Source: a virus
Taxonomy: Duplodnaviria; Heunggongvirae; Uroviricota; Caudoviricetes
Reading direction: 5' to 3' (one strand)
DNA: 21,533 bases
Virus record (IMG/VR): IMGVR_UViG_2713897073_000007
The notes under the pieces were generated by a model. It did no database searches. It was given only the letters and a program-made list of their open reading frames with translations, and was not told the origin of the DNA. Positions 6,853 to 16,078 of this stretch are shown piece by piece. Position 1 is the stretch's first letter, and each line of letters begins with the position of its first letter. Both the position numbers and the translations under genes were made by a program.

Positions 6853-9646
6853 TATCCGGGTCGCTTTCAGCGCCGTTGACAGGCTGACCCAGCCTGCCGA
6901 AAACGCCCGCCGCCTGATGGGGCAGTTTGGTGACTCCATCCAGCGAACGCAGGGGGCGATCAAAAATCTCGAGCGTCAGGCGCGTTCATTTGAGCGCGCC
7001 CGCGACGCTGTCAGTAAAGCGGATGCGGGTATCGTGAAAGCACGACGCCAGCTTAACGCCCTTAATCAGTTACAACGCACGGGTACAGTGCTCAGCGAAA
7101 AACAACAAAAGCTGATGCAGCAGTTAAGCACCCGGCTTGAACGCCTGAATGAATCGCGCACGCGGGAAATTCAGAAAATGCGGGAGCTTGGCGGAGAGCT
7201 GAAACGCCACGGCATTTCCCTGACAGGCAGCGATAACACCATCCAGCAGGCCATCAGACGCACCGAACAGTACAACAATCAGCTTGAACGCGAACGGCAG
7301 GCGCTTGCGCGTGTAACGCGGGCGCGTGAGCGGTATTCGCGCGCGCAGGAAACAGCGGGAAAACTGAAAACAGGTGGTGCACTGGCAATTGGTGCGGCAG
7401 CGGCGGGCGGCTATGCTGCCGGGCGTTTTTTGCAGCCTGCGATCGGGTTCGGGAAAGAGATGTCCCGCGTTCAGGCACTGACGCGAATCGACCAGAACAG
7501 CCCGCAGTTTAAGGCGCTGCGTGAGCAGGCGTTAAAACTTGGCTCTGAAACGCAGTTCACCGCAGGCGATGCCGCCAGTGGGCAGGCATTTCTGGCAATG
7601 GCTGGCTTCACACCGCAGGCCATTCAGGCTGCGCTTCCCGGCGTGCTGAGCATGGCAACGGCTGGCGGTATGGACCTTGGCGAGACGGCAGATATTGGCT
7701 CAAATATCCTGACGCAGTTCGGCCTCTCCGCTGACCAGATGGACCGGGTCGGTGACACGCTTACAGCAGTGTTTACCCGTACTAACACTGACCTTCGCGC
7801 ACTGGGCGAAACCATGAAATATGCAGGTCCGGTGGCGGGTAAGCTGGGAATATCGCTGGAGCAGGCCGCAGCGATGGCGGGCGTGCTGGCGAATATGGGT
7901 ATCAGAGGGAGTGATGCCGGGACGGCAATGCGTGCCAGCCTGGCTCGTCTGGCATCACCGCCAAAGGCGGCAGCAGAAGCGCTGAAAGAGCTGGGTGTGT
8001 CCGTCTCTGATGCGAACGGCAAAATGCGCCCGATGGAAGATGTGCTGGCCGACCTTTATAAAGCCACCCGTAAATACGGGGAAGTTGACCGGGTATCGTT
8101 CTTTAAGGACATTGCCGGGGAAGAGGCTTTCACGTCGTTTATGGCTCTCGTTGATGCGGCGGGTGACGGCTCCCTGCCCAAACTGAGAAAAGAACTTGAG
8201 GGCGCACGCGGTGAGGCTGAACGCACGGCAAAGGTTATGGCCAATAACCTTGATGGCGACCTGAAATCACTCGGCAGTGCATGGGAAGGGCTGCGTATCC
8301 GCATTGCAGATCTGATTGATGGTCCGCTGCGTTCTGTCACGCAGTGGCTCACGCGGGTGGTCTCAAAGGTGACGGCGCTGGCACAGGCCCATCCGGTACT
8401 GACGCGCCAGTTACTGATAGCAGGCGGTGCGCTGCTGGCAATGACTGCAACGGTTGGCTCGTTGTCGCTGGTTATTGGAGTGCTTCACGGGAAGCTGGCC
8501 ACGTTGCGTCTTGGTTTTTCTCTCCTGACCGGATCAATGAATGCTGTCAGGCTCCTGCCAGCACTATGGGGAATGGTGACGGGTTCCGTTTCGTTACTGG
8601 GGGGCGCTATCGGGGCGCTGTTCAGCCCGGTCGGATTGATTGCTGCTGCGTTTGTGGCTGCGGCAGTTCTCATCTGGAAATACTGGGAACCCATCAAGGC
8701 GTTTTATGCCGGGGTGTTCAGCGGGATTATGGAGCGGCTGGCCCCGTTACGCGAAACCTTTGAACGGTTTGGTCCTGTTTTTGACGCAATCGGAAGCGGG
8801 ATAAGTCAGGTGTTTAACTGGTTTAAATCGTTGCTGTCACCGATGGAGTCCAGCAAGGAAACGCTGGATAAATGTACCAGTGCTGGCGAGATATTCGGTA
8901 ACGTTCTTGGCGGTGCGTTACAGCTTGTTCTGACGCCCGCAAAAATGTTGCTGGATACGCTGGCGTGGATACTTGAAAAACTCGGTGTGCTTCCGGATGA
9001 AGCGGAAAGGGCGAGAAAGAAAATCGAAGACGCACAGCGTGCGGCCATTCTTCAGGACAAGGTTGCTCTGTTTCAGGGAGACATTGCGAAAATCAATCCG
9101 CCGAAGTCTGCGGAAAATGGCAATGGCACCGGAGGTGATAAACCCAAAGACAATAAACCGCTCACAGACAGCAATACCGGTACGCTACGCAGACTCAGCA
9201 AAATTGCTGATAACACAGGTAAGCTGGTTGATGAGACGAAAAAACGTATTGGCCCCGGCGATATTGTCTTTAAGAACCTGCCCCGCGCACTTGCCGTTCG
9301 TGGGGAGTGGCAGGAGCGGAAGATTGTGCAGGTCAGTAAGCCTGCCCCCGCAATTAATATCACACCCGTGGTCCCGGCTCCGCTGCCTCCGGCGCTGGTC
9401 CCTGTTGTTGCGGCCAGCTCCCGCCCGGTGGCGGAGGCCATACGATCTCCAGTGGCATCAGTTCCTGTAACTTCCCGTAACCGGGAGCCTGTTGCCTCCG
9501 GATTTGGTGGTGAAATTCATGTTCATCTGCATAACGTTGTTACGCAGAATCCCCGCGAACTGGCGAAACTGGTCGGTGAAATGGTCAGGGCAGAAATGGA
9601 ACGGCGCGCCCGTGCCGGGCGTGGCAGTTTTTACGATAAAGATTGA
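6803..9646 (+). CDS. T: Tail tape measure protein (P2 gpT family)
   Basis: 947-aa ORF; long N-terminal coiled-coil-like region, central hydrophobic segments (LLIAGGALLAMTATVGSLSLVIGVL...), Pro/Ala-rich C-terminus; located between E/E' and U. True start may be the in-frame ATG at 6830 or 6839, overlapping the E' stop. Confidence 0.9.
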   Translation: MSGRHFAAGMQTMKTLDIRVAFSAVDRLTQPAENARRLMGQFGDSIQRTQGAIKNLERQARSFERARDAVSKADAGIVKARRQLNALNQLQRTGTVLSEKQQKLMQQLSTRLERLNESRTREIQKMRELGGELKRHGISLTGSDNTIQQAIRRTEQYNNQLERERQALARVTRARERYSRAQETAGKLKTGGALAIGAAAAGGYAAGRFLQPAIGFGKEMSRVQALTRIDQNSPQFKALREQALKLGSETQFTAGDAASGQAFLAMAGFTPQAIQAALPGVLSMATAGGMDLGETADIGSNILTQFGLSADQMDRVGDTLTAVFTRTNTDLRALGETMKYAGPVAGKLGISLEQAAAMAGVLANMGIRGSDAGTAMRASLARLASPPKAAAEALKELGVSVSDANGKMRPMEDVLADLYKATRKYGEVDRVSFFKDIAGEEAFTSFMALVDAAGDGSLPKLRKELEGARGEAERTAKVMANNLDGDLKSLGSAWEGLRIRIADLIDGPLRSVTQWLTRVVSKVTALAQAHPVLTRQLLIAGGALLAMTATVGSLSLVIGVLHGKLATLRLGFSLLTGSMNAVRLLPALWGMVTGSVSLLGGAIGALFSPVGLIAAAFVAAAVLIWKYWEPIKAFYAGVFSGIMERLAPLRETFERFGPVFDAIGSGISQVFNWFKSLLSPMESSKETLDKCTSAGEIFGNVLGGALQLVLTPAKMLLDTLAWILEKLGVLPDEAERARKKIEDAQRAAILQDKVALFQGDIAKINPPKSAENGNGTGGDKPKDNKPLTDSNTGTLRRLSKIADNTGKLVDETKKRIGPGDIVFKNLPRALAVRGEWQERKIVQVSKPAPAINITPVVPAPLPPALVPVVAASSRPVAEAIRSPVASVPVTSRNREPVASGFGGEIHVHLHNVVTQNPRELAKLVGEMVRAEMERRARAGRGSFYDKD

Positions 9647-9652
9647 GGAGTC

Positions 9653-10147
9653 ATGGCCATGATGATGATCTACGGCATGTTTGTTTTTGAGCTGCGCACG
9701 CTGCCGCATCAGCAGTTACAGCAAAACAAAAGCTGGCGGCATGTGAAAAATGAACGCGTTAACCGTTCAGCAAGCTGGCAGTATATCGGTGCAGGTGATG
9801 ATCGCATCGTTCTTTCTGGTGTGCTTTATCCTGAAATTACAGGTGGCGAAGTGTCGCTGTCGCTGCTGACCACGCAGGCGTATACAGGACGACCCTGGCC
9901 TTTGATTGATGGCGTCGGGCAGATTTACGGCATGTATGTCCTGACCGGAACGAACACGACCCGTTCCGAGTTTGATCGCTACGGTAAGGCGAAAAAGATA
10001 GAATTTTCACTGACCCTTGAACGCTGTGATGAGGATTTGCGGGAGCGCCTGCAATCCTCATCGTTCAGCGATATGCTGTCCGGCTTCAAAGATAAAGTGA
10101 CATCATCCCTTAACAGCGCGGCCAGTTCAGTTAAAGGGCTGTTCTGA
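9653..10147 (+). CDS. U: Tail protein gpU
   Basis: 164 aa directly after T; N-terminal FVFELRTLPHQQLQQNKSWRH and LSGVLYPEITGG resemble recalled P2 U. Confidence 0.8.
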   Translation: MAMMMIYGMFVFELRTLPHQQLQQNKSWRHVKNERVNRSASWQYIGAGDDRIVLSGVLYPEITGGEVSLSLLTTQAYTGRPWPLIDGVGQIYGMYVLTGTNTTRSEFDRYGKAKKIEFSLTLERCDEDLRERLQSSSFSDMLSGFKDKVTSSLNSAASSVKGLF

Positions 10148-10159
10148 TTTAATGCTGGC

Positions 10160-10191
10160 CACTCATACCTGGTAATAAGTGGCCAGTCTTA
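10160..10191. repeat. 9-bp inverted repeat CTGGCCACT - 14 nt - AGTGGCCAG immediately 3' of U, at the transition from GC-normal phage DNA to AT-rich cargo
   Basis: Read from sequence; could be a terminator for the late tail operon or a remnant of a recombination site. Confidence 0.3.
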
Positions 10192-10309
10192 ACACTCACC
10201 ATTTGATTGCACCCGCGTTAACGATTTGTTACTGGGTATCAGACATGCTGGATAGCCAGTAGAAACATACCATTAAAATTATTACAATAATTGGTCACAT
10301 GATTATCTT

Positions 10310-10795
10310 ATGCTGAATAATAGAGATATGAATATTAATGAACTTAAAGACTGTATTCACTATGAAGTAATCGGTAGCGAGCGTCCTTTCTCCTGGCGAA
10401 AGGCAATTGTTCGCGCAATAAAACATAGAAGACTTCGTTATTTATTTTGGTGGCGCATAGCCAAATACCTTTTTGATAAAGGCGGATACTGCCGGAAGAT
10501 TGCGGGGAAAATAGAACGTTTCATTCTTGATAAATATAATGTAACAGTCCCTTTAACTGTAAATATAGGGAAAGGCTTTGATATTTCTTATCTCAACAGT
10601 GTTGTTATCGGTCACAAAGTAACAATCGGTGAAAATTGTTCAATAAAACCGGGGGTAACTATTGGGCTACGTGGTGATTTTAATGATATGGATATTGTTA
10701 TAGGACATAATGTGACCATTGGTTGTAATGCCACCATTCTTGGTGGCAAAGTGCGTATAGGAAACAATGTCACAATAGGTGCTCATGCATTGGTA
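10310..10795 (+). pseudogene. 3'-truncated hexapeptide-repeat (left-handed beta-helix) acyltransferase, AT-rich cargo gene
   Basis: Tandem hexapeptide repeats VTIGENCSIKPGVTIG / IVIGHNVTIGCNATILGGKVRIGNNVTIGAHALV; the last 23 aa of the ORF (TTTFKNFKESLTITSFFRIVAVK) are the reverse-strand reading of the tail-fibre fragment, so the gene is cut at about 10795. Confidence 0.6.
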
Positions 10796-11290
10796 ACCAC
10801 CACCTTCAAGAACTTCAAGGAGTCCCTGACCATAACTTCCTTCTTCCGGATAGTTGCGGTCAAATGAAGCGATTGAGCCACTACTGTTTCGCCATAAACC
10901 AAGATGCTCTGCGCCTCCGAGCGTGTTCAGGTCAATGGTTGTGCTCAGGGGGCGTGTTGCAGACTGAACCTGACGCCAGTAACTCCACGGACCGTCTGAA
11001 CCATTCCATGTGCCAGAAAGGTTGCGCATATAAACATTGCCTGTTCTGGTGGTGTAACGCTGCATTCCTGCAAAATTACCGCCATTGAATACCTCCAGTA
11101 CACCGACTGCACCGTCTTCAGGGAAATTTTTAGCAGCCGTCGCGTTAGTGGATGTAGCTTTAGACCAGACGCCAAGATAAGCCTTAACGGGACCAAATGT
11201 ATTCAAGTCAGCATCAAGCGGCATTTCGCCATTGTTTTTCATAAACGTCAGGCTGGTAACGCCAACATTGTCCAGAAAAGCGCCCTTATC
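10796..11290 (-). pseudogene. Internal fragment of a phage tail fibre gene (gpH-like), truncated at both ends
   Basis: ORF-track ORF 10667..11242 with its frame open upstream to about 11290. Gly/Asn/Thr/Ser-rich fibre-like sequence (GVLEVFNGGNFAGMQRYTTRTGNVYMRNLSGTWNGSDGPWSYW...GQGLLEVLEGGGY). The final 40 aa are an antisense read of the acyltransferase DNA. Family assignment is by composition and synteny only. Confidence 0.45.
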
Positions 11291-11835
11291 TCCACGCGTT
11301 GCACACCGTGCACATGCAGTGCGGCAGCAATGGCGGACAACGCCACGTCCTGACCGATAAGCCCCTGCTCAGCCAGCCACTTCCTGAACGACGATTCAGC
11401 CGCAGCCAGAATAGGTTCGGATTCCGGGCCGGGATAAAAGTACAGTTTTGCATTCAGCCGCCATGTCACGATTCTGGCGCTCTGTACGGTCAGGCGGTCG
11501 GCCACCGGGCGGGTATCCTCTGCATTCAGAACGGCACGAACGGTATTAAGCAACGCCTCCGTTGCTGTGCCGTCGCCTTCAGTGGACAGGATGGAAACCG
11601 TCACACAGGCCGGAGACGGGCTGATGGCCCGCGCATCACGCACCAGACCGCTGGCGCTGCGTGCAAAATACTCGTATGCACCTGACGGGCCAGCAACACT
11701 CAGGCCGTCGTACGCCCGCTGCGCCCGCAGTCTCAGCGAGGTGTCGCTCTCCATCACCGCGTCGGTGGTATCCGTTGCCGGAGTGATAACCAGGCGCTTT
11801 GTGTTCATATTGCCCGCGAGGTTGTCCAGGTCTGT
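11248..11835 (-). pseudogene. J: Baseplate protein gpJ fragment lacking the N-terminal third and probably the C-terminal end
   Basis: ORF 11248..11886; the segment TKRLVITPATDTTDAVMESDTSLRLRAQRAYDGLSVAGPSGAYEY...SPSPACVTVSILS...RPVADRLTVQSA...YFYPGPESEPI...LHVHGVQRVEI matches recalled P2 J residues from about 100 to 270. The first 17 codons of the ORF are an out-of-frame read of capsid-gene DNA. Confidence 0.65.
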
Positions 11836-12463
11836 CATCCAGCAGGGATGAGCGCGCGTCCTGTACCAGTGCATCAGCGTTCGCATACTTACCCGCGTGC
11901 GCCACTGTGTTGTCCATGTTGCGGGAAGTCAGCGTCACGTCATTCATTACGCGTTCACTGGCATCGGTTCTGATGTGCTCCAGCCAGCCCACGTTAACGT
12001 CCTGAAGCAGCTTGTTGGTGCTGAAATTGGATTTTTCCGCGTGTGATGTGCCGTTAAAGCCGATCATGATGCGGTCAAGCGCCACCTGCCGGGCAATCTG
12101 TGTGCTGATGCGCGACTGAAAATCGCTGTGAGCCGCCCAGGCATCAAGCTTCGGGTATGAAATAAACGTGTCGTAGTTCACCTGTTCACACTGGTACTGA
12201 CGAGCCTTCATATCGACAGCGTTAATCGGATTACGGCGATCTGTGCCGTCATAACTGGTATTCGTGCGCGCAATCGGCCCGGTGGTGTCCAGGAGAACTT
12301 TTTCGCCTTTCTGGTCAGTTACACCGATTACATTAATTCTTTTCGTAAATTCGGTACTTTCCTTTGAAGCGTTTTCAAAACGCTGTTGTACCGATGGATT
12401 GACGGTAAATCGCGATACCAGCGCAGAAACCGGGATATTGTTAAGCGACGCCTGCTGCGTCAT
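11836..12463 (-). pseudogene. N: Major capsid protein gpN fragment (N-terminal about 210 aa)
   Basis: ORF 11636..12463; FTVNPSVQQ...RINVIGVTDQKGEKV...YQCEQVNYDTFISYPKLDAWA...IMIGFNG...LLQDVNVGWLEHIR...ADALVQDA matches recalled P2 N N-terminal region. Homology stops near 11836, after which the frame reads J-fragment DNA. Confidence 0.65.
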
Positions 12464-12508
12464 GTAGCAGCCCAGCTTGTTACGGGCATTAATTACTCAG
12501 GGGGAGCA

Positions 12509-13765
12509 ATGATTCAGGACGCTTTTGTGCGCCAGCGTGCGCGGCAACTTTACTGGCAGGGTTATCCGCCCGCAGAAATATCACGTCTGATGGGAATAAA
12601 CCCGAACACGATTTATGCGTGGAAAAAACGCGACCAGTGGGATGAAACGCCCCCCGTGCAGCGTGTCACGCAGTCCATCGATGCGCGCCTCATCCAGCTT
12701 ACTGAAAAACAGAATAAAACAGGCGGTGACTTTAAGGAAATAGACCTGCTGACCCGGCAGCTTAAAAAGCTGCATGATGGCCAGCCGGATGTGATGGCCG
12801 CAGGAAAGAAAGGCCGGGCGAAAAAACTTAAAAATCATTTCACGCCGGAACAGATTGCCGCACTGCGGGAAAAAATCATCAGCAGGCTGGAGTGGCATCA
12901 GCGGGGCTGGTTTGACTCCCTGACACTTTGCAGGGAAGCCGGGATACGTAACAGGATGATCCTGAAATCCCGACAGATTGGGGCGACCTGGTATTTTGCA
13001 CAGGAAGCTCTGCTGATGGCGCTGCGTGACGATGTGGCGCAACCTTACCAGCGTAACCAGATTTTTTTGTCTGCGTCGCGTCGTCAGGCGTTCCAGTTTA
13101 AAAGCATTATTCAGAAGGTCGCGGCTGAAGTTGATGTGGAGCTGAAAGGGGGCGATAAAATCATCCTCTCCAACGGCGCAGAGCTGCATTTTCTCGGCAC
13201 TTCTGCTGCGTCGGCACAGTCCTATACGGGCAATTTTTATTTTGATGAATTTTTCTGGGTCAGTCGCTTTGCTGAACTGCGCAAGGTGGCTGGCGCTATG
13301 GCAACCCTCAGCGGACTGCGGCGCACCTACTTCTCCACGCCATCCACCGAAACGCACGAGGCGTACGCCTACTGGAACGGCGACCGCTGGAACGAGAAAA
13401 AGGCCTCGCATAAACGCCAGCGTTTTTCTGTGGACTGGAAAACGCTGCATAACGGGCTTATCTGCCCTGACCGGACTTGGCGGCAAATTGTCACGCTGGA
13501 AGATGTGGTTAATCACGGCTGGAAACACACCGATATCGACGAAATTCGTGATGAAAACACCGAAGACGAGTTCCTCAATCTCTATATGTGTGAGTTTGTC
13601 CGCGAAGGGGAATCGGCATTTAACCTGAATATCCTGATTGGCTGCGGTGTTGACGGATACGACGACTGGAAAGACTGGAAACCTTTTGCTCCCCGCCCGA
13701 TGGGGAATCGTCCGGTATGGATTGGGTATGACGCAAACGGCAGCAGTGGCAACGGCGACACCGTG
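12509..13765 (+). pseudogene. P: Terminase ATPase (large) subunit, P2 gpP family, 3'-truncated
   Basis: ORF 12386..13840; preferred start MIQDAF at 12509 with SD GGGGGAG; Walker-A-like KSRQIGATWYFAQEA; the last roughly 25 aa (RMPYQRRPSRFSFLRTAAKNELTR) are an antisense read of the gpA fragment. Family size is about 590 aa, so roughly 170 C-terminal residues are missing. Confidence 0.7.
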
Positions 13766-15042
13766 CGGATGCCATACCAGCGCAGGCCGTCGCGGTTCAG
13801 TTTCTTGCGGACCGCCGCAAAAAACGAGTTAACCAGGTAATCGCTGGAGTCGCGCATAGTGGCCCCGTTCCATTTGGGATTCGGATGACCGTTCTCCGTT
13901 GTTGCGTGGTATTTTGACGGGCAGGTGACAGTCAGAAACACCGCTCTGTCGCCACGGGCTTCGGCCAGAAGTTCCAGCCCCTTCATGGTGGCCATCATTT
14001 CTGCCTTACGGTGAACCGGGTTACTTACTCCCGCGTAATACACTGTCTCAAGATCAATCGTGAACCCGTCTTCGTTTTCCAGCATGAAACTTTTCAGGAA
14101 ATCGCGTGTTTTCTCGCGCTGTGCGCGAAACTCGCTTAACGCATCCTGGCTCAGATAGGGCGATGTTTTTCTGGAAACCAGACAGGCGGCGCGGAGTTGT
14201 TCTTCTCTCCACTCGCAACGTAACAGCCACAGTTTGCGTTTCCACCATTCCGCACAGGTCAGGCGAAGGATTGCGCCCGGCAGCAGCTCCGTGTCTGGTT
14301 CGTTCCTCCGGCCTTTGTCTGTTGTCAGTGCGTCATAATGCGGAGGCATGGCGTGCAGGTGTAACGCCATGCGGGCCAGCATCTGATACGCCTTCAGCGT
14401 TACATCCATGGTCAGCTCGCCATCAGTCGCACCAAAGCCATCGCAGAGTTTTTCGAAGGTGCTGCTGAACATCGCCGCCGTCATGGTGGCCAGCGTCTGT
14501 ATCTGGTGTTTGTTGAGCTGCGGCAGGTAAAGCAAATCGTCCAGGCGTTCGCGTCCGGCAAGGGAGCGATAACCCGGTGTCAGCCAGTGTCCGTCAGTGC
14601 GATCCAGACGTTCGAATATTTTGCGCAGGGTTCCGCGTGCATAGCGTTCTGCCTGCCAGCTCTTTTTGCCTTTCCGGCGATCGACTTCCTGTTTTTTGCG
14701 CAGGAAGGAGAGGTGGCGAATAAGCGGATCGCGCAGATAGGACGGCAGCAGGCGCAGCGAGGCCATGGCTTCATCCACCGCGCCGCGTGCCTGTCTTCTG
14801 GCGTCTCCTGCCAGCGTGATGGTTTTGTCCTGTTTTTCCTGTGCGTCCAGGCTTTTATTAATCAGGTTGCCCAGTGGCGTGGCAGAGAACGCCGCATCAG
14901 CCTTTTCCTGTCGGCGCTCGTTCTCTGCCTGGTAGGCATCCAGCCAGGAGGAAAGCGCGGATTCAGGTGCGGGGATCCCCGTTCCTTCACGCCCCACTGC
15001 GTGGCGCGGTTGTTGCCAGTCCCTGATGTACTCTGTCGTCAT
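13759..15042 (-). pseudogene. A: Replication initiation protein gpA family (rolling-circle initiator), 3'-truncated after about 428 aa
   Basis: ORF 13582..15042 directly downstream of the early operon; sequence up to ...GLRWYGIRTV is protein-like, the following 58 aa are Pro/Ser-rich antisense of terminase DNA. P2 A is about 760 aa. Convergent with the P fragment. Confidence 0.65.
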
Positions 15043-15048
15043 ACTGAT

Positions 15049-15414
15049 TTACTGCGTCATACCGTTCAGGGTGTCACGGCAAACGGCAGCCAGCCGCTGA
15101 ATTTCCAGCACGGTGTCTTCTGTGTCGGCATAGCGATGTGTGATGCGGATGCTGTCGGCAATCACATCGACGATTGCAGAGGATGGGCGCTGGTAAATGC
15201 CAATAACGGACGGAGTGCCACCTTCAATGCGGTAAAGCCTGTAATTTCCCTCGTGGCTGTCAATCATGTAGCGACCATCAATAACAATCTTTCCGTCAGC
15301 GAGCTGCGGTACAGGCAGGGATTTCAGGTACATGTCATAACGTTCACGCACGCGAACGGCAAGATCACGCTCTGTGTTGAGCAGGTATTCAAGAAAGTCG
15401 TTGGCGAGAATCAT
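15049..15414 (-). CDS. Hypothetical early-operon protein (121 aa), immediately upstream of the A fragment
   Basis: ORF-track ORF; position corresponds to the orf83-like slot before gene A in P2-family early operons; no recognisable motif. Confidence 0.5.
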   Translation of the reverse strand: MILANDFLEYLLNTERDLAVRVRERYDMYLKSLPVPQLADGKIVIDGRYMIDSHEGNYRLYRIEGGTPSVIGIYQRPSSAIVDVIADSIRITHRYADTEDTVLEIQRLAAVCRDTLNGMTQ

Positions 15415-15486
15415 TGCGGCAATCCTCTTGTTACAGATGTGCGAAGGCCTCCTGCCGCAAGGTGCAGGAAAGGCCCGGAACAGGAA

Positions 15487-15717
15487 TTAATGGAGTTTGT
15501 TTTGCTGCTGGATGAGCTGCTGAAGCTCGCGCAGATCATCCGCCAGATAACTGAAAACAGCGGATGAGTAGAGGTTTGAAAGTTCGCAGCTACGCTCATG
15601 CAGCATATTGATGTGCATGATTTTAGCGACGCGGAATGCGCGGGAAAGTCTGCGGTTGATTTCAGTCTGGATGTGACGACGCTCCGCGATAGCGCGGTGC
15701 TGTTTGCGGTTTGCCAT
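15487..15717 (-). CDS. Hypothetical small basic protein (76 aa)
   Basis: ORF-track ORF; Arg/Lys-rich N-terminus (MANRKQHRAIAERRHIQTEINRRLSRAFR) suggests nucleic-acid binding; function unassigned. Confidence 0.4.
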   Translation of the reverse strand: MANRKQHRAIAERRHIQTEINRRLSRAFRVAKIMHINMLHERSCELSNLYSSAVFSYLADDLRELQQLIQQQNKLH

Positions 15718-15896
15718 GGTGTGGCCTCTTTGGTTGTAAGTTTTGAAAACTCACCATCCAGAGCTGCGAAACTGTGGGTGGCGAGACGTACGGGGTTCGC
15801 AGTACCGGCAACCAAAGAACCCGGCCCGACCGAAGTCGGCCCCGTACGCCCCGCCATAATTCTGACGCGAAAAAAACGTGGCAATACAGTACGCAC

Positions 15897-15917
15897 AAAA
15901 AAACCGCTGGCGCGGTT
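15897..15917 (-). terminator. Hairpin ACCGC-NNNN-GCGGT followed by a T7 run on the minus strand
   Basis: Read from sequence (plus strand shows A7 then ACCGCTGGCGCGGTT); lies in the 367-bp non-coding gap between the SPFH module and the 76-aa gene. Confidence 0.4.
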
Positions 15918-16053
15918 GTGCGCTTTGGTTGTCAGCAGGCTGCGAAACCCGGCACCCGTTTTATGAGGTGCAGCGAAAATGTAACCTGACTGATTGCGGC
16001 ATGGCAAGCGGTTTTTTTGTGAGAACGGCATACTAAAAAATCCTGATACTGCT

Positions 16054-16078
16054 CCGGCCAGCGGTTTGCACTGGCCGG
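16054..16078 (-). terminator. 8-bp inverted repeat CCGGCCAG - 9 nt - CTGGCCGG starting 7 nt after the SPFH lipoprotein stop
   Basis: Read from sequence; a T6 run follows on the minus strand only after a 13-nt spacer, so intrinsic-terminator function is uncertain. Confidence 0.35.

Noticed and set aside
7254-9709. Multiple 60-165 aa ORFs on both strands inside the tape-measure gene
   Set aside because: All are nested within the 947-aa tape-measure ORF in GC-rich DNA, with Ala/Arg/Pro-rich translations typical of chance alternate-frame ORFs.
4530-10230. Shared motif TGATTG...CCG...TTAACG near both proposed inversion breakpoints (about 4530-4553 and 10206-10230)
   Set aside because: The similarity is short and imperfect, and the two copies are in direct rather than inverted orientation, so it does not support a specific recombination mechanism.
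10667-10795. C-terminal 40 aa of the tail-fibre ORF and C-terminal 23 aa of the acyltransferase ORF
   Set aside because: Each is the antisense read-through of the other gene past the deletion junction, not genuine coding sequence.
12386-12508. Upstream extension of the terminase ORF (start at 12386)
   Set aside because: The extension overlaps the divergent capsid-gene start on the other strand; the internal ATG at 12509 has a strong GGGGGAG ribosome-binding site.
15780-15850. Retron-like msr/msd structured repeats
   Set aside because: Nested inverted repeats are present, but there is no adjacent reverse-transcriptase-sized ORF.
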